From: an uncultured Terriglobales bacterium
GTDB lineage: Bacteria > Acidobacteriota > Terriglobia > Terriglobales > Acidobacteriaceae
NCBI GenBank assembly: GCA_964399125.1
Contig: CAYNPS010000001.1
Coordinates: 20,496-84,495 of the forward strand
Reading direction: 5' to 3'
DNA length: 64,000 nt
The notes beneath the pieces are model-generated. The model did not search any database, had not been told where the DNA came from, and was given only the letters and a program-made list of their open reading frames with translations. Positions 1-8,439 of this stretch are shown in pieces. Both the position numbers and the translations under genes were made by a program. Each line of letters opens with the position of its first letter. The stretch's first letter is position 1.

Positions 1-319
1 TATGCGGCGGTAATTCGAGAACGCTAAAGGCCTTTAAAGAAACCTTGGAAACACGAAATGGGCGCAGATGCTCTTCCAAATGAATCACAACCTTGTTCTT
101 GTCAAGGAATATGACATCTATGGGAAACAGCATGCCAATGGTATGGACCCCACTTGATGGAACAATCCACAAGCCCGCACCATCCCGCGCCCATCGTTTT
201 GTCTTGCCAAGTAAACCGACCAACCGGGTGAAGTAGCTATCGGCCCGCTTGACGCTCGTTGCGACGAACGTCTCCTGCGTTTTGTTGTATGCGTAGTACG
301 GCTTGTGGTTATCACTCAT
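1..319 (-). CDS. DUF192 (COG1430-like) domain protein, C-terminus cut by window edge
   Basis: Absent from the ORF track because there is no stop inside the window. The minus-strand ATG at 319..317 reads MSDNHKPYYAYNKTQETFVATSVKRADSYFTRLVGLLGKTKRWARDGAGLWIVPSSGVHTIGMLFPIDVIFLDKNKVVIHLEEHLRPFRVSKVSLKAFSVLELPPH and stays open to base 1. The GLLG...W(I/F)xP..S(I/V)HTxGMxFPIDVIFLD pattern is the DUF192 signature. Confidence 0.7.
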   Translation of the reverse strand, partial: MSDNHKPYYAYNKTQETFVATSVKRADSYFTRLVGLLGKTKRWARDGAGLWIVPSSGVHTIGMLFPIDVIFLDKNKVVIHLEEHLRPFRVSKVSLKAFSVLELPPH

Positions 320-351
320 AAGGGATCCAGCAGACTCTGTTTGCGTTCAGC

Positions 352-447
352 TTAGTCCACAGCTTTGTTACGGCGCCGCATGATGATGATCGCGAGCACT
401 ATCACGAAAAGAACGCCCGCAATTACCCGAATCATAGTCGTATCCAT
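352..447 (-). CDS. 31-aa single-pass membrane peptide (unannotated small ORF)
   Basis: Below the ORF-track size cutoff. ATG at 447 is preceded by AAAGGAGATGCT, a GGAG Shine-Dalgarno with 5-nt spacer. It reads MDTTMIRVIAGVLFVIVLAIIIMRRRNKAVD then stop: one hydrophobic helix followed by a basic tail. It lies between tadC and DUF192 in the same orientation. Confidence 0.5.
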   Translation of the reverse strand: MDTTMIRVIAGVLFVIVLAIIIMRRRNKAVD

Positions 448-506
448 AGCATCTCCTTTTTTTTTCATGAACCTGATTGCAACTTAGCTACAAAACTCGA
501 ACGCAG

Positions 507-1427
507 CTATCGATGGAACGCTGGCCCCAGCTGTCGAATCAATGTAATGACGGCTGGCCCTAAAATAACAACCATTAACGCAGGAAATATGAACAGGACC
601 AGCGGTGGAACGATTTTCACCGTGGTTTTAGCTGCCATTTCTTCGGCGCGCTGTCGACGCTTAGTACGAAGATCATCCGAGTGCACACGGAGCGACTGAG
701 CCACGCTGGTTCCGAAGCGGTCTGTCTGCACAAGCATGGCGACCAAGGCTTTAATGTCCTCAACACCAGTACGTTGTCCCAAAGCTCGCAAAGCTTCAAG
801 GCGGCCCTTTCCAACTCGCATTTCGAGATTGACCAGTTGGAGTTCTTGACTCAGTTCGCGATGAGAAACGCTCAGCTCTTGTGCTACACGTAAAATGGCA
901 TGATCAAGAGCAAGTCCGGCCTCGATACAGATCACCATTAAGTCCAATGCGTCCGGCAACGCTTTCCGCAATCTACTCTGCCGGCGACTAATTTTGCGCG
1001 ACAAGAAGAATTCCGGTCCGAGGTAACCCACAATCAGGGTTCCCATTACTACGAACAAGGGATTCCATCGATAGAGCCCAGTGAAGTACACCACGACGAC
1101 AAGCAATACAGGAAACAGAATCTTGATTCCCCGCATGACCATTACACTGTCCGGATTGCGGTATCCGGCGCGGACCATCATCGTCTGGGTTCGGGAGGCT
1201 TGCGATGGTGATAATGGGAACACGCTTCCCAGCTTTGCGACAGAAGCCTCAATCAGATCAGCCTGGCTTTTCATTACGCTCTGCTTCGCGGCCGCGCCGG
1301 AACCCGATGTCCATAGGTTTCCAAGGCGATTCGCAACTTCACTGCGAGCGGGGACGAACACATAAGCGACTAAGAGCACTAGCGCCAAAGTCGCCAGAAA
1401 TGTTATGCCAGAAATTGCGAAGATCAC
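507..1427 (-). CDS. tadC: Tad pilus inner-membrane platform protein TadC (T2SS-F family)
   Basis: 306-aa polytopic ORF. It carries a GspF/T2SSF-type block (LPDALDLMVICIEAGLALDHAI). It sits directly after tadB in a tad operon. Confidence 0.9.
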   Translation of the reverse strand: MIFAISGITFLATLALVLLVAYVFVPARSEVANRLGNLWTSGSGAAAKQSVMKSQADLIEASVAKLGSVFPLSPSQASRTQTMMVRAGYRNPDSVMVMRGIKILFPVLLVVVVYFTGLYRWNPLFVVMGTLIVGYLGPEFFLSRKISRRQSRLRKALPDALDLMVICIEAGLALDHAILRVAQELSVSHRELSQELQLVNLEMRVGKGRLEALRALGQRTGVEDIKALVAMLVQTDRFGTSVAQSLRVHSDDLRTKRRQRAEEMAAKTTVKIVPPLVLFIFPALMVVILGPAVITLIRQLGPAFHR

Positions 1428-1444
1428 TTTTCTTCTCCAGCTTC

Positions 1445-2416
1445 TCAGACTTCGAAGTTCACAATTTTCCAGATCACAAAGCCGCCTATCACCTGTAACA
1501 CGAAACCAGTGATCAAAGCGTATGGCCCGTACGGATCCGTAAACAGAAGGCTCACATAGTGAGGATTGAGAGCTGACAATGCGATCAGCATCGCCGGCGG
1601 CATGGCAATCAGAATACCTGCCGACATACGACCTTGCGCGGTGCGGGTCTTGACTTCACGTTGGATCTTGAACCGCTCGCGAATCACTCGCGCTAGCGTG
1701 TCCAAGATTTCTGCTAAGTTACCGCCAGTCTCTTTCTGTATCAAAATGGCGGTAACAAAAAAACGGACGTCAAGGAGCGGAACGCGTTCCGTCAAGTTGA
1801 ACAACGCATCTCGGAACGGCAAACCAAAGTTCTGCTCGTCGAATGTGGCCTTGAACTCTCCCCCAACTGGATCGGAAACCTCCGCCGCGATCATCTCCAG
1901 TCCTGTAGTGAAAGCATGCCCAGCCCGAACAGCACGACTAAGCAAGTCGAGCGCTTCGGGGAATAGGCGTTCGAACGCACTGAACCGACGATGACGCATG
2001 AAGGCCACGACCAGAAACGGAATGCCCCCTGCTGCTATGGCAATCGGAAATGCAAGCAGACGATTATGCAAAAGATTTTCTGATACGAGATAGCCAGCGA
2101 GGACAGATACCCCAGAGATCAAAATGATTTTCCCGGGCTTTGCTTTTACACCAGCCTGGTATAGATATTTTCTGAATATCTCAACCGATGACCATCTCAT
2201 CAGTATTTTGTTGAGAGCGGGAACGTCGCTAAGAAGTTCATCACGAACGAGCTGCAATTCTGCAGACGCTCCGTCCCGCCGCTCTGCACGCTGCACAGCT
2301 TCTAATCGAGTCCTCACTATGTCATTTTGCGGGTTTCGATCTGCCAGCAATGTGATAGCAAGAAGAACAACAGTGACAATAATGAATGTCAAAATTGCAA
2401 GCAAAGCAGCGGTCAT
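1445..2416 (-). CDS. tadB: Tad pilus inner-membrane platform protein TadB (T2SS-F family)
   Basis: 323-aa ORF with a T2SSF block (FPEALDLLSRAVRAGHAFTTGLEMIA) and N- and C-terminal TM helices. It follows cpaF. Confidence 0.9.
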   Translation of the reverse strand: MTAALLAILTFIIVTVVLLAITLLADRNPQNDIVRTRLEAVQRAERRDGASAELQLVRDELLSDVPALNKILMRWSSVEIFRKYLYQAGVKAKPGKIILISGVSVLAGYLVSENLLHNRLLAFPIAIAAGGIPFLVVAFMRHRRFSAFERLFPEALDLLSRAVRAGHAFTTGLEMIAAEVSDPVGGEFKATFDEQNFGLPFRDALFNLTERVPLLDVRFFVTAILIQKETGGNLAEILDTLARVIRERFKIQREVKTRTAQGRMSAGILIAMPPAMLIALSALNPHYVSLLFTDPYGPYALITGFVLQVIGGFVIWKIVNFEV

Positions 2417-2425
2417 AAGAAACTC

Positions 2426-3721
2426 TCAATTGGTGCTTCTGTGTGTTTCAAACATGCTGGCCGGCAGCCGAATACCGGCAACAAGTAGTCGCTCAGCGAA
2501 TTTGGGTCGAATACCCGTCGGCAAGAAATCGCCGACCACCCGTCCCTGTGGGTCGATGCCCTTCTTTTTGAAGGCGAAGATGTCTTGCATCGTGACCACA
2601 TTTCCTTCCATTCCCACAATCTCGGAGACAGCGACAACTTTTCTAGTGCCGTCGCTTAGTCGGCTCACCTGAACCACGACATCAAGTGCAGAGGCGATGT
2701 TTCTGCGAACAGCAGTGTCGGGTATGTTCAAATTGGCCATTGCTACCATTGTTTCCAAACGCGTCAAGGCATCACGAGTGCTATTCGCGTGAATCGTTGT
2801 TAACGAACCGTCATGGCCCGTGTTCATGGCCTGCAGCATGTCAAGAGCTTCTTCGCCCCGGACCTCGCCGATGATGATTCGGTCCGGACGCATACGAAGT
2901 GCGTTGATTACGAGATGGCGCTGGCGAACGTAACCTTTGCCCTCGATGTTCGGAGGTCTAGTTTCCAGGCGCACGACGTGCTCTTGCCTTAATTGCAACT
3001 CAGCGGCATCCTCGATCGTCACGATGCGTTCGCGATCTGAAATGAAAGACGAAAGGACATTTAATAATGTGGTCTTGCCGGCGCCCGTACCGCCAGAAAT
3101 AAGGAGGTTCAGCCTCGCCTGAACACATCCTTGAAGTAAATCCAGCATTTCTCGTGTGAGAGAGTTGTTCTCGATCATGTCCTGATCGTCGACTCGGTCA
3201 ATTCCGAAGCGGCGGATCGAGAGTGCCGGGCCATCGATTGCGAGCGGAGGAATGATGGCGTTAACGCGAGATCCATCGGGCAGGCGCGCGTCCACCATCG
3301 GTGAAGACTCGTCGATTCGGCGACCCACTCTGGACACGATGCGATCGATAATGCTCATGAGATGAGTATCATCGCGAAATTGAATATTAGTCTTTTCCAG
3401 GATTCCAGCGCGTTCGACGAACACATTGCGGCTCGTATTTACCAGGATGTCGGACACGGACGGATCTGCCAGTAAAGGCTCCAAAGGACCCAACCCGAAC
3501 ACCTCGTCTAATACTTCCTGCGACAGTCGTTCCCGCTCCCTGAGAGTCATGGGAGTTGATTCTCCCATCACCAGGCCTTCCACTAGTTGCGAGACCTCGC
3601 GACGAACCGCTTCGCGGTCAGCCGCGGTCAGACTCTCAAGATTCAACTTCTGGATGAGCTTGCGATGAATCGCGGCTTTTAGAGATGCAAAGTCAGACAG
3701 CGTCGCTCGAGGGGTTGCCAT
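2426..3721 (-). CDS. cpaF: Tad pilus secretion ATPase CpaF/TadA
   Basis: 431 aa. Walker A is [12 protein letters not shown], with [10 protein letters not shown] (Asp box), IIIGEVRG (Walker B) and a [12 protein letters not shown] His box. This is a typical CpaF/VirB11-like hexameric ATPase. Confidence 0.95.
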   Translation of the reverse strand: MATPRATLSDFASLKAAIHRKLIQKLNLESLTAADREAVRREVSQLVEGLVMGESTPMTLRERERLSQEVLDEVFGLGPLEPLLADPSVSDILVNTSRNVFVERAGILEKTNIQFRDDTHLMSIIDRIVSRVGRRIDESSPMVDARLPDGSRVNAIIPPLAIDGPALSIRRFGIDRVDDQDMIENNSLTREMLDLLQGCVQARLNLLISGGTGAGKTTLLNVLSSFISDRERIVTIEDAAELQLRQEHVVRLETRPPNIEGKGYVRQRHLVINALRMRPDRIIIGEVRGEEALDMLQAMNTGHDGSLTTIHANSTRDALTRLETMVAMANLNIPDTAVRRNIASALDVVVQVSRLSDGTRKVVAVSEIVGMEGNVVTMQDIFAFKKKGIDPQGRVVGDFLPTGIRPKFAERLLVAGIRLPASMFETHRSTN

Positions 3722-3723
3722 TA

Positions 3724-4896
3724 CTACTTGCCTCCAAGACGAAATAGACTCGTGAATCCGTTGTTTTTAGAACCTGTTTCGAGTTCTAAACCGAGTGTTT
3801 CTGCCGCCAATTGTTTGAATTTGGCGGCAACAAGATTATTGTGGTTACCAGAAACCGGCACGCCGATATTAACTGCTTCACTAACTCGAGTGAAGTCGTT
3901 TGGTATATAAGCGGAGATCGGCCGCTTAATGTTCTTCTCGACCGACCTTAGCGTCGCCTCATCGGCCCGATGCCAACGGTTAACAACTATGCGAATTTGG
4001 TCGGAATTGATACCGAAACCAGCAAGCGCGAAGAGCCGTCGTTCTAATGCCCATAGCGATGGGACGTTGGCTTCGGTGATGAGCATAATTAGTGACTGTC
4101 TAAGTACTGGCGCCCACTCTCCAGAAAACTGCGCTCCATAATCAATTACCACATTTGCATGACTGGTGCGCGCAACGTTGACAACTCGCGTCAGTGAGTG
4201 AACTGGCATTGATTGCCATTGTTCGAGCTGTGTCGCGCCGGTCAAAACCTGCAAGCAGCTGCCGTGGTGAGTTAATAGTCCATTGAAAAAGTGGCTGTCG
4301 AGCCTTTCCAGGTTCTCCACCGCATCTCGGATCCCGAACGAAGGCTTCAGATCAAGCAGAAGCTGTACCGCTCCCAGCGGAGCTGCCAAATCGAGAAGCG
4401 CAACAGAGTTCTTGCTGCTGCGTGCCATCTGCACTGCTAGATTCACGGCAATGGTTGTGGCTCCGACTCCGCCCTTCGAGCCCATGACCACAGTTACTTC
4501 ACCAGGCGGTTTGGATGTTGATGCCTGGAGTTCTTCCGATAAACGCGACAGCACTTCTGTCAACGAATTAAGATCGATAGGCTTCGGCAATACATCCTGA
4601 ACACCTGCTCGCATCGCACGCAACAGCAACTGCGAATCCTGCTGCGTCGAAGTGCACGCCAAAAGTCGAACGTTTGGCCGTTGCCGACGCAACGCCGCCG
4701 CAAGGTTCCAGAACCGATCCGCATCCCGCGGCAAATCCAAAAGAACCAGATCTGGAACCGCCTTCTGCCCGTCAGCAAACGGCTCCCGATCCAAGTCCCA
4801 CTGTTCAACCGCAGACACGAGGCCCGTCTGCTGCAACCGAGCTTGAAGTTGCGCGCTGCTATTGACGTCCGGACTTACAACTGCTGCCGTTAGCAT
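3724..4896 (-). CDS. cpaE: CpaE/TadZ: pseudo-receiver plus ParA/MinD-like ATPase
   Basis: 390 aa. The N-terminal receiver-like domain shows DLVLLDL and LPKPID. It is followed by a deviant Walker [17 protein letters not shown]. Position is between the secretin and cpaF. Confidence 0.9.
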   Translation of the reverse strand: MLTAAVVSPDVNSSAQLQARLQQTGLVSAVEQWDLDREPFADGQKAVPDLVLLDLPRDADRFWNLAAALRRQRPNVRLLACTSTQQDSQLLLRAMRAGVQDVLPKPIDLNSLTEVLSRLSEELQASTSKPPGEVTVVMGSKGGVGATTIAVNLAVQMARSSKNSVALLDLAAPLGAVQLLLDLKPSFGIRDAVENLERLDSHFFNGLLTHHGSCLQVLTGATQLEQWQSMPVHSLTRVVNVARTSHANVVIDYGAQFSGEWAPVLRQSLIMLITEANVPSLWALERRLFALAGFGINSDQIRIVVNRWHRADEATLRSVEKNIKRPISAYIPNDFTRVSEAVNIGVPVSGNHNNLVAAKFKQLAAETLGLELETGSKNNGFTSLFRLGGK

Positions 4897-4917
4897 CCGT
4901 GATATCCGTTGAGCTTA

Positions 4918-6423
4918 TTAGTTGGTCGTTTGGTCCGGTTTCGCGTTGCTGGCATGTTCTGGTGCTGCTGGCGCCATGAATTTCTTCGGGAAATACGGTC
5001 CCGTAGGCTCGTGCCCTGGCTCGTTCGGAGTCACAATCCGCGGCGTGACTACCACCAGAAGCTCACTTTTGCTCTTCGTTGACGCACGACTCTGAAACAG
5101 CTTGCCAAGCAGCGGAATATCACCAAGTCCAGGGATCTTCTCCAGAGTTTGAATCACTCTGTTATCGTCGAGTCCCGCGATCGCAAAACTCTGCCCATCC
5201 TTTAGATCCATTTCAGATTCAACCTTCCGGGTGGAAAGTGCAGGAATCACAAATCCGGAGATAGTCACAGAGTTGCTGTAATCAAGTGAGCTTACTTCGG
5301 GGGCAACCTTAAGATGTATGACTCCTTCTGGCGAAAGTGTCGGAAGGAACCTAAGCCGAACTCCGTATTCGCGAAATTGGATGGTAACGGTCGGCGCGGT
5401 TCCAGATGTTCCCTGTACAACGGGGTACGGAAACTCACCGCCGGCAAGGAAGCTTGCTTCTTTGCCCGTTACGGTCAAGAGGTTGGGCTCTGCCAATATC
5501 TGCAGCAGATTGCTTTGCTGCCAGTCTTTGATTGTCAACGCAAGGTTGATATCAGGACGGAATACGAAAATGTTCAGAATATCCGATAAGGAGTAGCCGC
5601 CGGTCGTTCCTCCTATGCCCTGGCCCTGGAGTTGCGGTGCTCCAAATTGCTGTGTCGAACTTGCTCCTACAAACTTATTGCCTGGCAACCCGAGGATATT
5701 AGCCCCAAGAGCGCTCACCTTCGTGCGGTCCACTTCCGCAAAGCGCACCTGTAAAAGGATCTCTCCAGTCATTCCCAGCGGGACCTGCATCAGGTTCACC
5801 ACTTTCGGCGATGCGGTCTTGGCGACTTCAAGGATCTTGTCAGCTATCGGCCCGGACGAAACTCGTCCTGAGAGTACGATCGAATCCTTCGAGGCCTCGA
5901 CTTTAACCGGTTCGTTGGGAAACACTTCCTTAACTTTTTGGCTCAAGCCCAGAATGTCCAGGTCCACAATGAGCTCAAAGGTCTGACTCTGATCGCGCTC
6001 ATCCCAGAGCACCAGTGACACGCCACCCGGAGCCTTCCCGTTAACGAGAACTTGCGTCGGGTTAATCACGACTGCGTCAGCAATCCCCGGATCTGCGACG
6101 GATACTCGCTTGATGCGCGCAGGAGATGTGATAACCAGCGAGCGGCCCACCAGCAAGTGGAGCGTAGTCTGGGCCTCGTTGTCCGCTCCAGTGAGCGGTT
6201 GTTGCTCGGCACGCGATTCAGGCGCCGGAGCATTCTGAGGCTGGGCGCCGTTCACCGCAGGTAACGAGGGCGATGAGGGTTTTACTTGCTGCGAGATGCC
6301 TGCAGCCGCATGTGACTCGACGATGCCCTGGGCAAATGAACCAAGCGTGCAAAAGAGAACCGTGAGGGCGACTGCGACCCCCGTGAAATTAGTTGTTCTG
6401 CGTATGGCCGTTGCTTTGCTCAT
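4918..6423 (-). CDS. cpaC: Tad secretin CpaC/RcpA
   Basis: 501 aa. It has a signal peptide, a pilus-formation N-domain (RIKRVSVADPGIADAVVINPTQVLVNGKAPGGVSLVLWD) and a C-terminal secretin block (IPGLGDIPLLGKLFQS...ELLVVVTPRIV). Confidence 0.93.
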   Translation of the reverse strand: MSKATAIRRTTNFTGVAVALTVLFCTLGSFAQGIVESHAAAGISQQVKPSSPSLPAVNGAQPQNAPAPESRAEQQPLTGADNEAQTTLHLLVGRSLVITSPARIKRVSVADPGIADAVVINPTQVLVNGKAPGGVSLVLWDERDQSQTFELIVDLDILGLSQKVKEVFPNEPVKVEASKDSIVLSGRVSSGPIADKILEVAKTASPKVVNLMQVPLGMTGEILLQVRFAEVDRTKVSALGANILGLPGNKFVGASSTQQFGAPQLQGQGIGGTTGGYSLSDILNIFVFRPDINLALTIKDWQQSNLLQILAEPNLLTVTGKEASFLAGGEFPYPVVQGTSGTAPTVTIQFREYGVRLRFLPTLSPEGVIHLKVAPEVSSLDYSNSVTISGFVIPALSTRKVESEMDLKDGQSFAIAGLDDNRVIQTLEKIPGLGDIPLLGKLFQSRASTKSKSELLVVVTPRIVTPNEPGHEPTGPYFPKKFMAPAAPEHASNAKPDQTTN

Positions 6424-6434
6424 TTCCTCTCCGG

Positions 6435-7271
6435 TTACGGATTCGGGAACGACTTACTATCGCGTTTACTTCCCACTATGATTTCCACAACAAAAGGAGC
6501 CGGAGCAGAGGGAACCGTGCGATGAGGGCCAGCATGTTTTGCAGGCTCCGGAGCTCCGCCGCCGAATAAAACTGCCTGAACCACTGGCGGAGGATTTACC
6601 TTCTCAGTGTCGATCGTGTTGCGTAGAGCCAACTGGATTCGTCCTTGGGTGGCGGCCATGGTCAGCTTATTGGCGTCCGGAGGTGTGACCAGAAGCGTAA
6701 TCACAGGCACATTCTGGGGCTTGCCATCTTTATCCTGCTCGACCTTTTGACCAGCTGCTAGAACGCGAACATCTTCAAGAACCGTCTTCGTGATGCTCCC
6801 GCCCTGATTCTGACCCGGCCCAGTGCCAGTTACCAACACGTCCACCATGGTTCCGGGGACCACGAATCCCGCCACTCCGATCACATCATTCACGGCGACC
6901 GTAAGCGCCCGCATTCCGTCAGGAATCGTGGCTGGCAGGCCGGCGCCGGCCCCAGTCGGCGCCAGCTTCGATTCCAGGATCGGCTCATTTTCTGTAACGG
7001 ACGTGATGAGCGTGCGCCCCTGCACATCCGTAAGGCTTCCGAACATTCCCGTCATCGGTTGATCGGCAGGCCAGTTCACAAGTCGAAGCTGTTCGGGGGC
7101 TAAACGAGTTCCCAGCGCGATTCGATCCGCCGCAACCACAATCTTGCGGATAGGGATAGCAACAGGTCCGGCATTCTGCCGCTTCAACTGGCGGTACACA
7201 TACATGCTCGTGAGCAGGCCGATAATCACGGCCACTGCTAACGCGAATATGAGCCGATTACGATTCATCAA
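6435..7271 (-). CDS. cpaB: Flp pilus assembly protein CpaB/RcpC (SAF domain)
   Basis: 278 aa. It has an N-terminal TM anchor and a SAF-like segment (VVAADRIALGTRLAPEQLRLVNWP). Position is conserved upstream of the secretin. Confidence 0.9.
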   Translation of the reverse strand: MMNRNRLIFALAVAVIIGLLTSMYVYRQLKRQNAGPVAIPIRKIVVAADRIALGTRLAPEQLRLVNWPADQPMTGMFGSLTDVQGRTLITSVTENEPILESKLAPTGAGAGLPATIPDGMRALTVAVNDVIGVAGFVVPGTMVDVLVTGTGPGQNQGGSITKTVLEDVRVLAAGQKVEQDKDGKPQNVPVITLLVTPPDANKLTMAATQGRIQLALRNTIDTEKVNPPPVVQAVLFGGGAPEPAKHAGPHRTVPSAPAPFVVEIIVGSKRDSKSFPNP

Positions 7272-7286
7272 AATTTCTCCTGCACA

Positions 7287-7898
7287 TCAGAACCTTGCAT
7301 GAAAGCAAATAGCCGCTGTCAGAAAGCAAGCGAGAGTTGCACAAGCGGCGGCTACACCGAAAGGCAAACCGGTTGCGCCGGGACTGTCCAGTGTGACATG
7401 GGGGCGCTCCTTCCATCCAAGAACGGCCGCCACTTTGATCAGTATCCAGATATTGGAGAGGGTCTCCCGAATTCGTCGCTTCATCAGAACTTGAACGACT
7501 GCCATCGCACCGGCGATGAAGGTTGTCGCGAGCAATACAACCCAAGCCGGGGGTCCGAGAATTGCACCGAGCGCCCCCATTAGCTTCCAGTCCCCTGCCC
7601 CGAGACCGCGCAACAGCACGAAAGGCAGAAGAATGCCCAAGCACAGGCCCGCGCCCATCAAAGATAGTTTCAGACCTCGCCAGTGTCCAAATGTCGTATT
7701 AAGAGCGATTCCGAGAAATAGGCTGGACAGGGTCAGCCAGTTGGGAATTCGGCGTCCGCGAAGGTCCGTGATCCCGGCGATGAGTGCTACAACCAATGCA
7801 ATTGTCCAGATGATAAGCAACCGATCCCCTTGTGCCTGGCGTCCGTTCCTGCCGCGATAAACGAAGAGAATTCTGCGCGCGAAGCATAGCGCCAACAA
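7287..7898 (-). CDS. tadV: A24-family prepilin peptidase TadV/CpaA
   Basis: 203-aa polytopic ORF with two catalytic Asp contexts (ITDLRGRRIPN and GLGAGDWKLMGALG). It starts 4 nt after the flp-2 stop. Confidence 0.88.
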   Translation of the reverse strand: MLALCFARRILFVYRGRNGRQAQGDRLLIIWTIALVVALIAGITDLRGRRIPNWLTLSSLFLGIALNTTFGHWRGLKLSLMGAGLCLGILLPFVLLRGLGAGDWKLMGALGAILGPPAWVVLLATTFIAGAMAVVQVLMKRRIRETLSNIWILIKVAAVLGWKERPHVTLDSPGATGLPFGVAAACATLACFLTAAICFHARF

Positions 7899-7902
7899 AC
7901 GA

Positions 7903-8073
7903 CTACGAGCCCTTGATCTTGTCCGCGGCGGCGCTGAAAACAGTGTTGAACGAGATACCGAGGCTGGTCATCGTGGTCATAACCGCCAAAGCGATCAGCG
8001 CCATCAGCATCGCGTGCTCCACCAGGTCCTGACCTTCTTCTTCCCGCCACAGAACAGCCAAGATGTTCTTCAT
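7903..8073 (-). CDS. flp: Flp-family pilin, second paralog (56 aa)
   Basis: Below the ORF-track cutoff. ATG at 8073 has GGAG 8 nt upstream. It reads MKNILAVLWREEEGQDLVEHAMLMALIALAVMTTMTSLGISFNTVFSAAADKIKGS. It has a Flp leader and a G/xxxxE(H) processing motif followed by a hydrophobic helix. Confidence 0.8.
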   Translation of the reverse strand: MKNILAVLWREEEGQDLVEHAMLMALIALAVMTTMTSLGISFNTVFSAAADKIKGS

Positions 8074-8107
8074 GGACAACTCCGTTAGCGCGCGGCTTCT
8101 TGGTTAA

Positions 8108-8164
8108 GATTTGCGGATCACAACCAGTTGTGCTCCCCACACTTCTGGTTGTGATCCGCAAATC
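8108..8164 (-). promoter_or_regulatory. Perfect 20-bp inverted repeat (stem-loop, 17-nt loop) between flp-1 and flp-2
   Basis: 8108..8127 GATTTGCGGATCACAACCAG is the exact reverse complement of 8145..8164. No U-tract follows on the transcribed (minus) strand, so it is not a canonical intrinsic terminator. It is more likely an attenuator, processing or stabiliser hairpin. Confidence 0.75.
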
Positions 8165-8180
8165 GGGTGGTTCAACGTTT

Positions 8181-8369
8181 CTATGTGGCGGCGTTGGCAA
8201 TATCCGAGTTGAGTGTATTTCCCACGGTGCCAAAGGCGTCATTGATCTGTTTAGCGAGGTTACCCATTCCGACAACGGCAGCCAGAGCCACCAATGCCAC
8301 GAGCAGGGCGTATTCGACGAGGTCCTGGCCTTCTTCTTCATGCCACAGACGTATCAAGATGTTCTTCAT
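8181..8369 (-). CDS. flp: Flp-family pilin, first paralog (62 aa), probable major pilin
   Basis: MKNILIRLWHEEEGQDLVEYALLVALVALAAVVGMGNLAKQINDAFGTVGNTLNSDIANAAT. It has the canonical Flp motif G/QDLVEY plus a hydrophobic helix. An AAGGAG Shine-Dalgarno lies upstream. Confidence 0.92.
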   Translation of the reverse strand: MKNILIRLWHEEEGQDLVEYALLVALVALAAVVGMGNLAKQINDAFGTVGNTLNSDIANAAT

Positions 8370-8423
8370 TTGAAGCTCCTTCTTAATTGTTTGTCCTGGA
8401 TTTGCGGATCACGCTTCCCTATT

Positions 8424-8439
8424 AGCACCTAGCGGACCA
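8424..8439 (-). promoter_or_regulatory. Candidate sigma-54 (-24/-12) promoter upstream of flp-1
   Basis: The minus strand reads TGGTCCGCTAGGTGCT against consensus TGGCACG-N4-TTGCW. GG and GC have the exact 10-nt spacing and 9 of 12 specified positions match. It lies 55-70 nt upstream of the flp-1 ATG. A sigma-54 EBP is encoded in the same locus (18737..20140). Confidence 0.3.

Noticed and set aside
118-315. 65-aa minus-strand track ORF at the left edge
   Set aside because: It lies in a different frame entirely inside the DUF192 reading frame (1..319), which has a clear family signature. Its Arg/Thr/Ser-rich sequence has no features.
7787-8341. 184-aa minus-strand ORF spanning both flp genes (also 7258..7644 and 7516..7860)
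   Set aside because: It runs out of frame across flp-2, the hairpin and flp-1, which have canonical Flp motifs and Shine-Dalgarno sites. The sequence is low complexity and Arg/Gly/Trp-rich, typical of an off-frame read.
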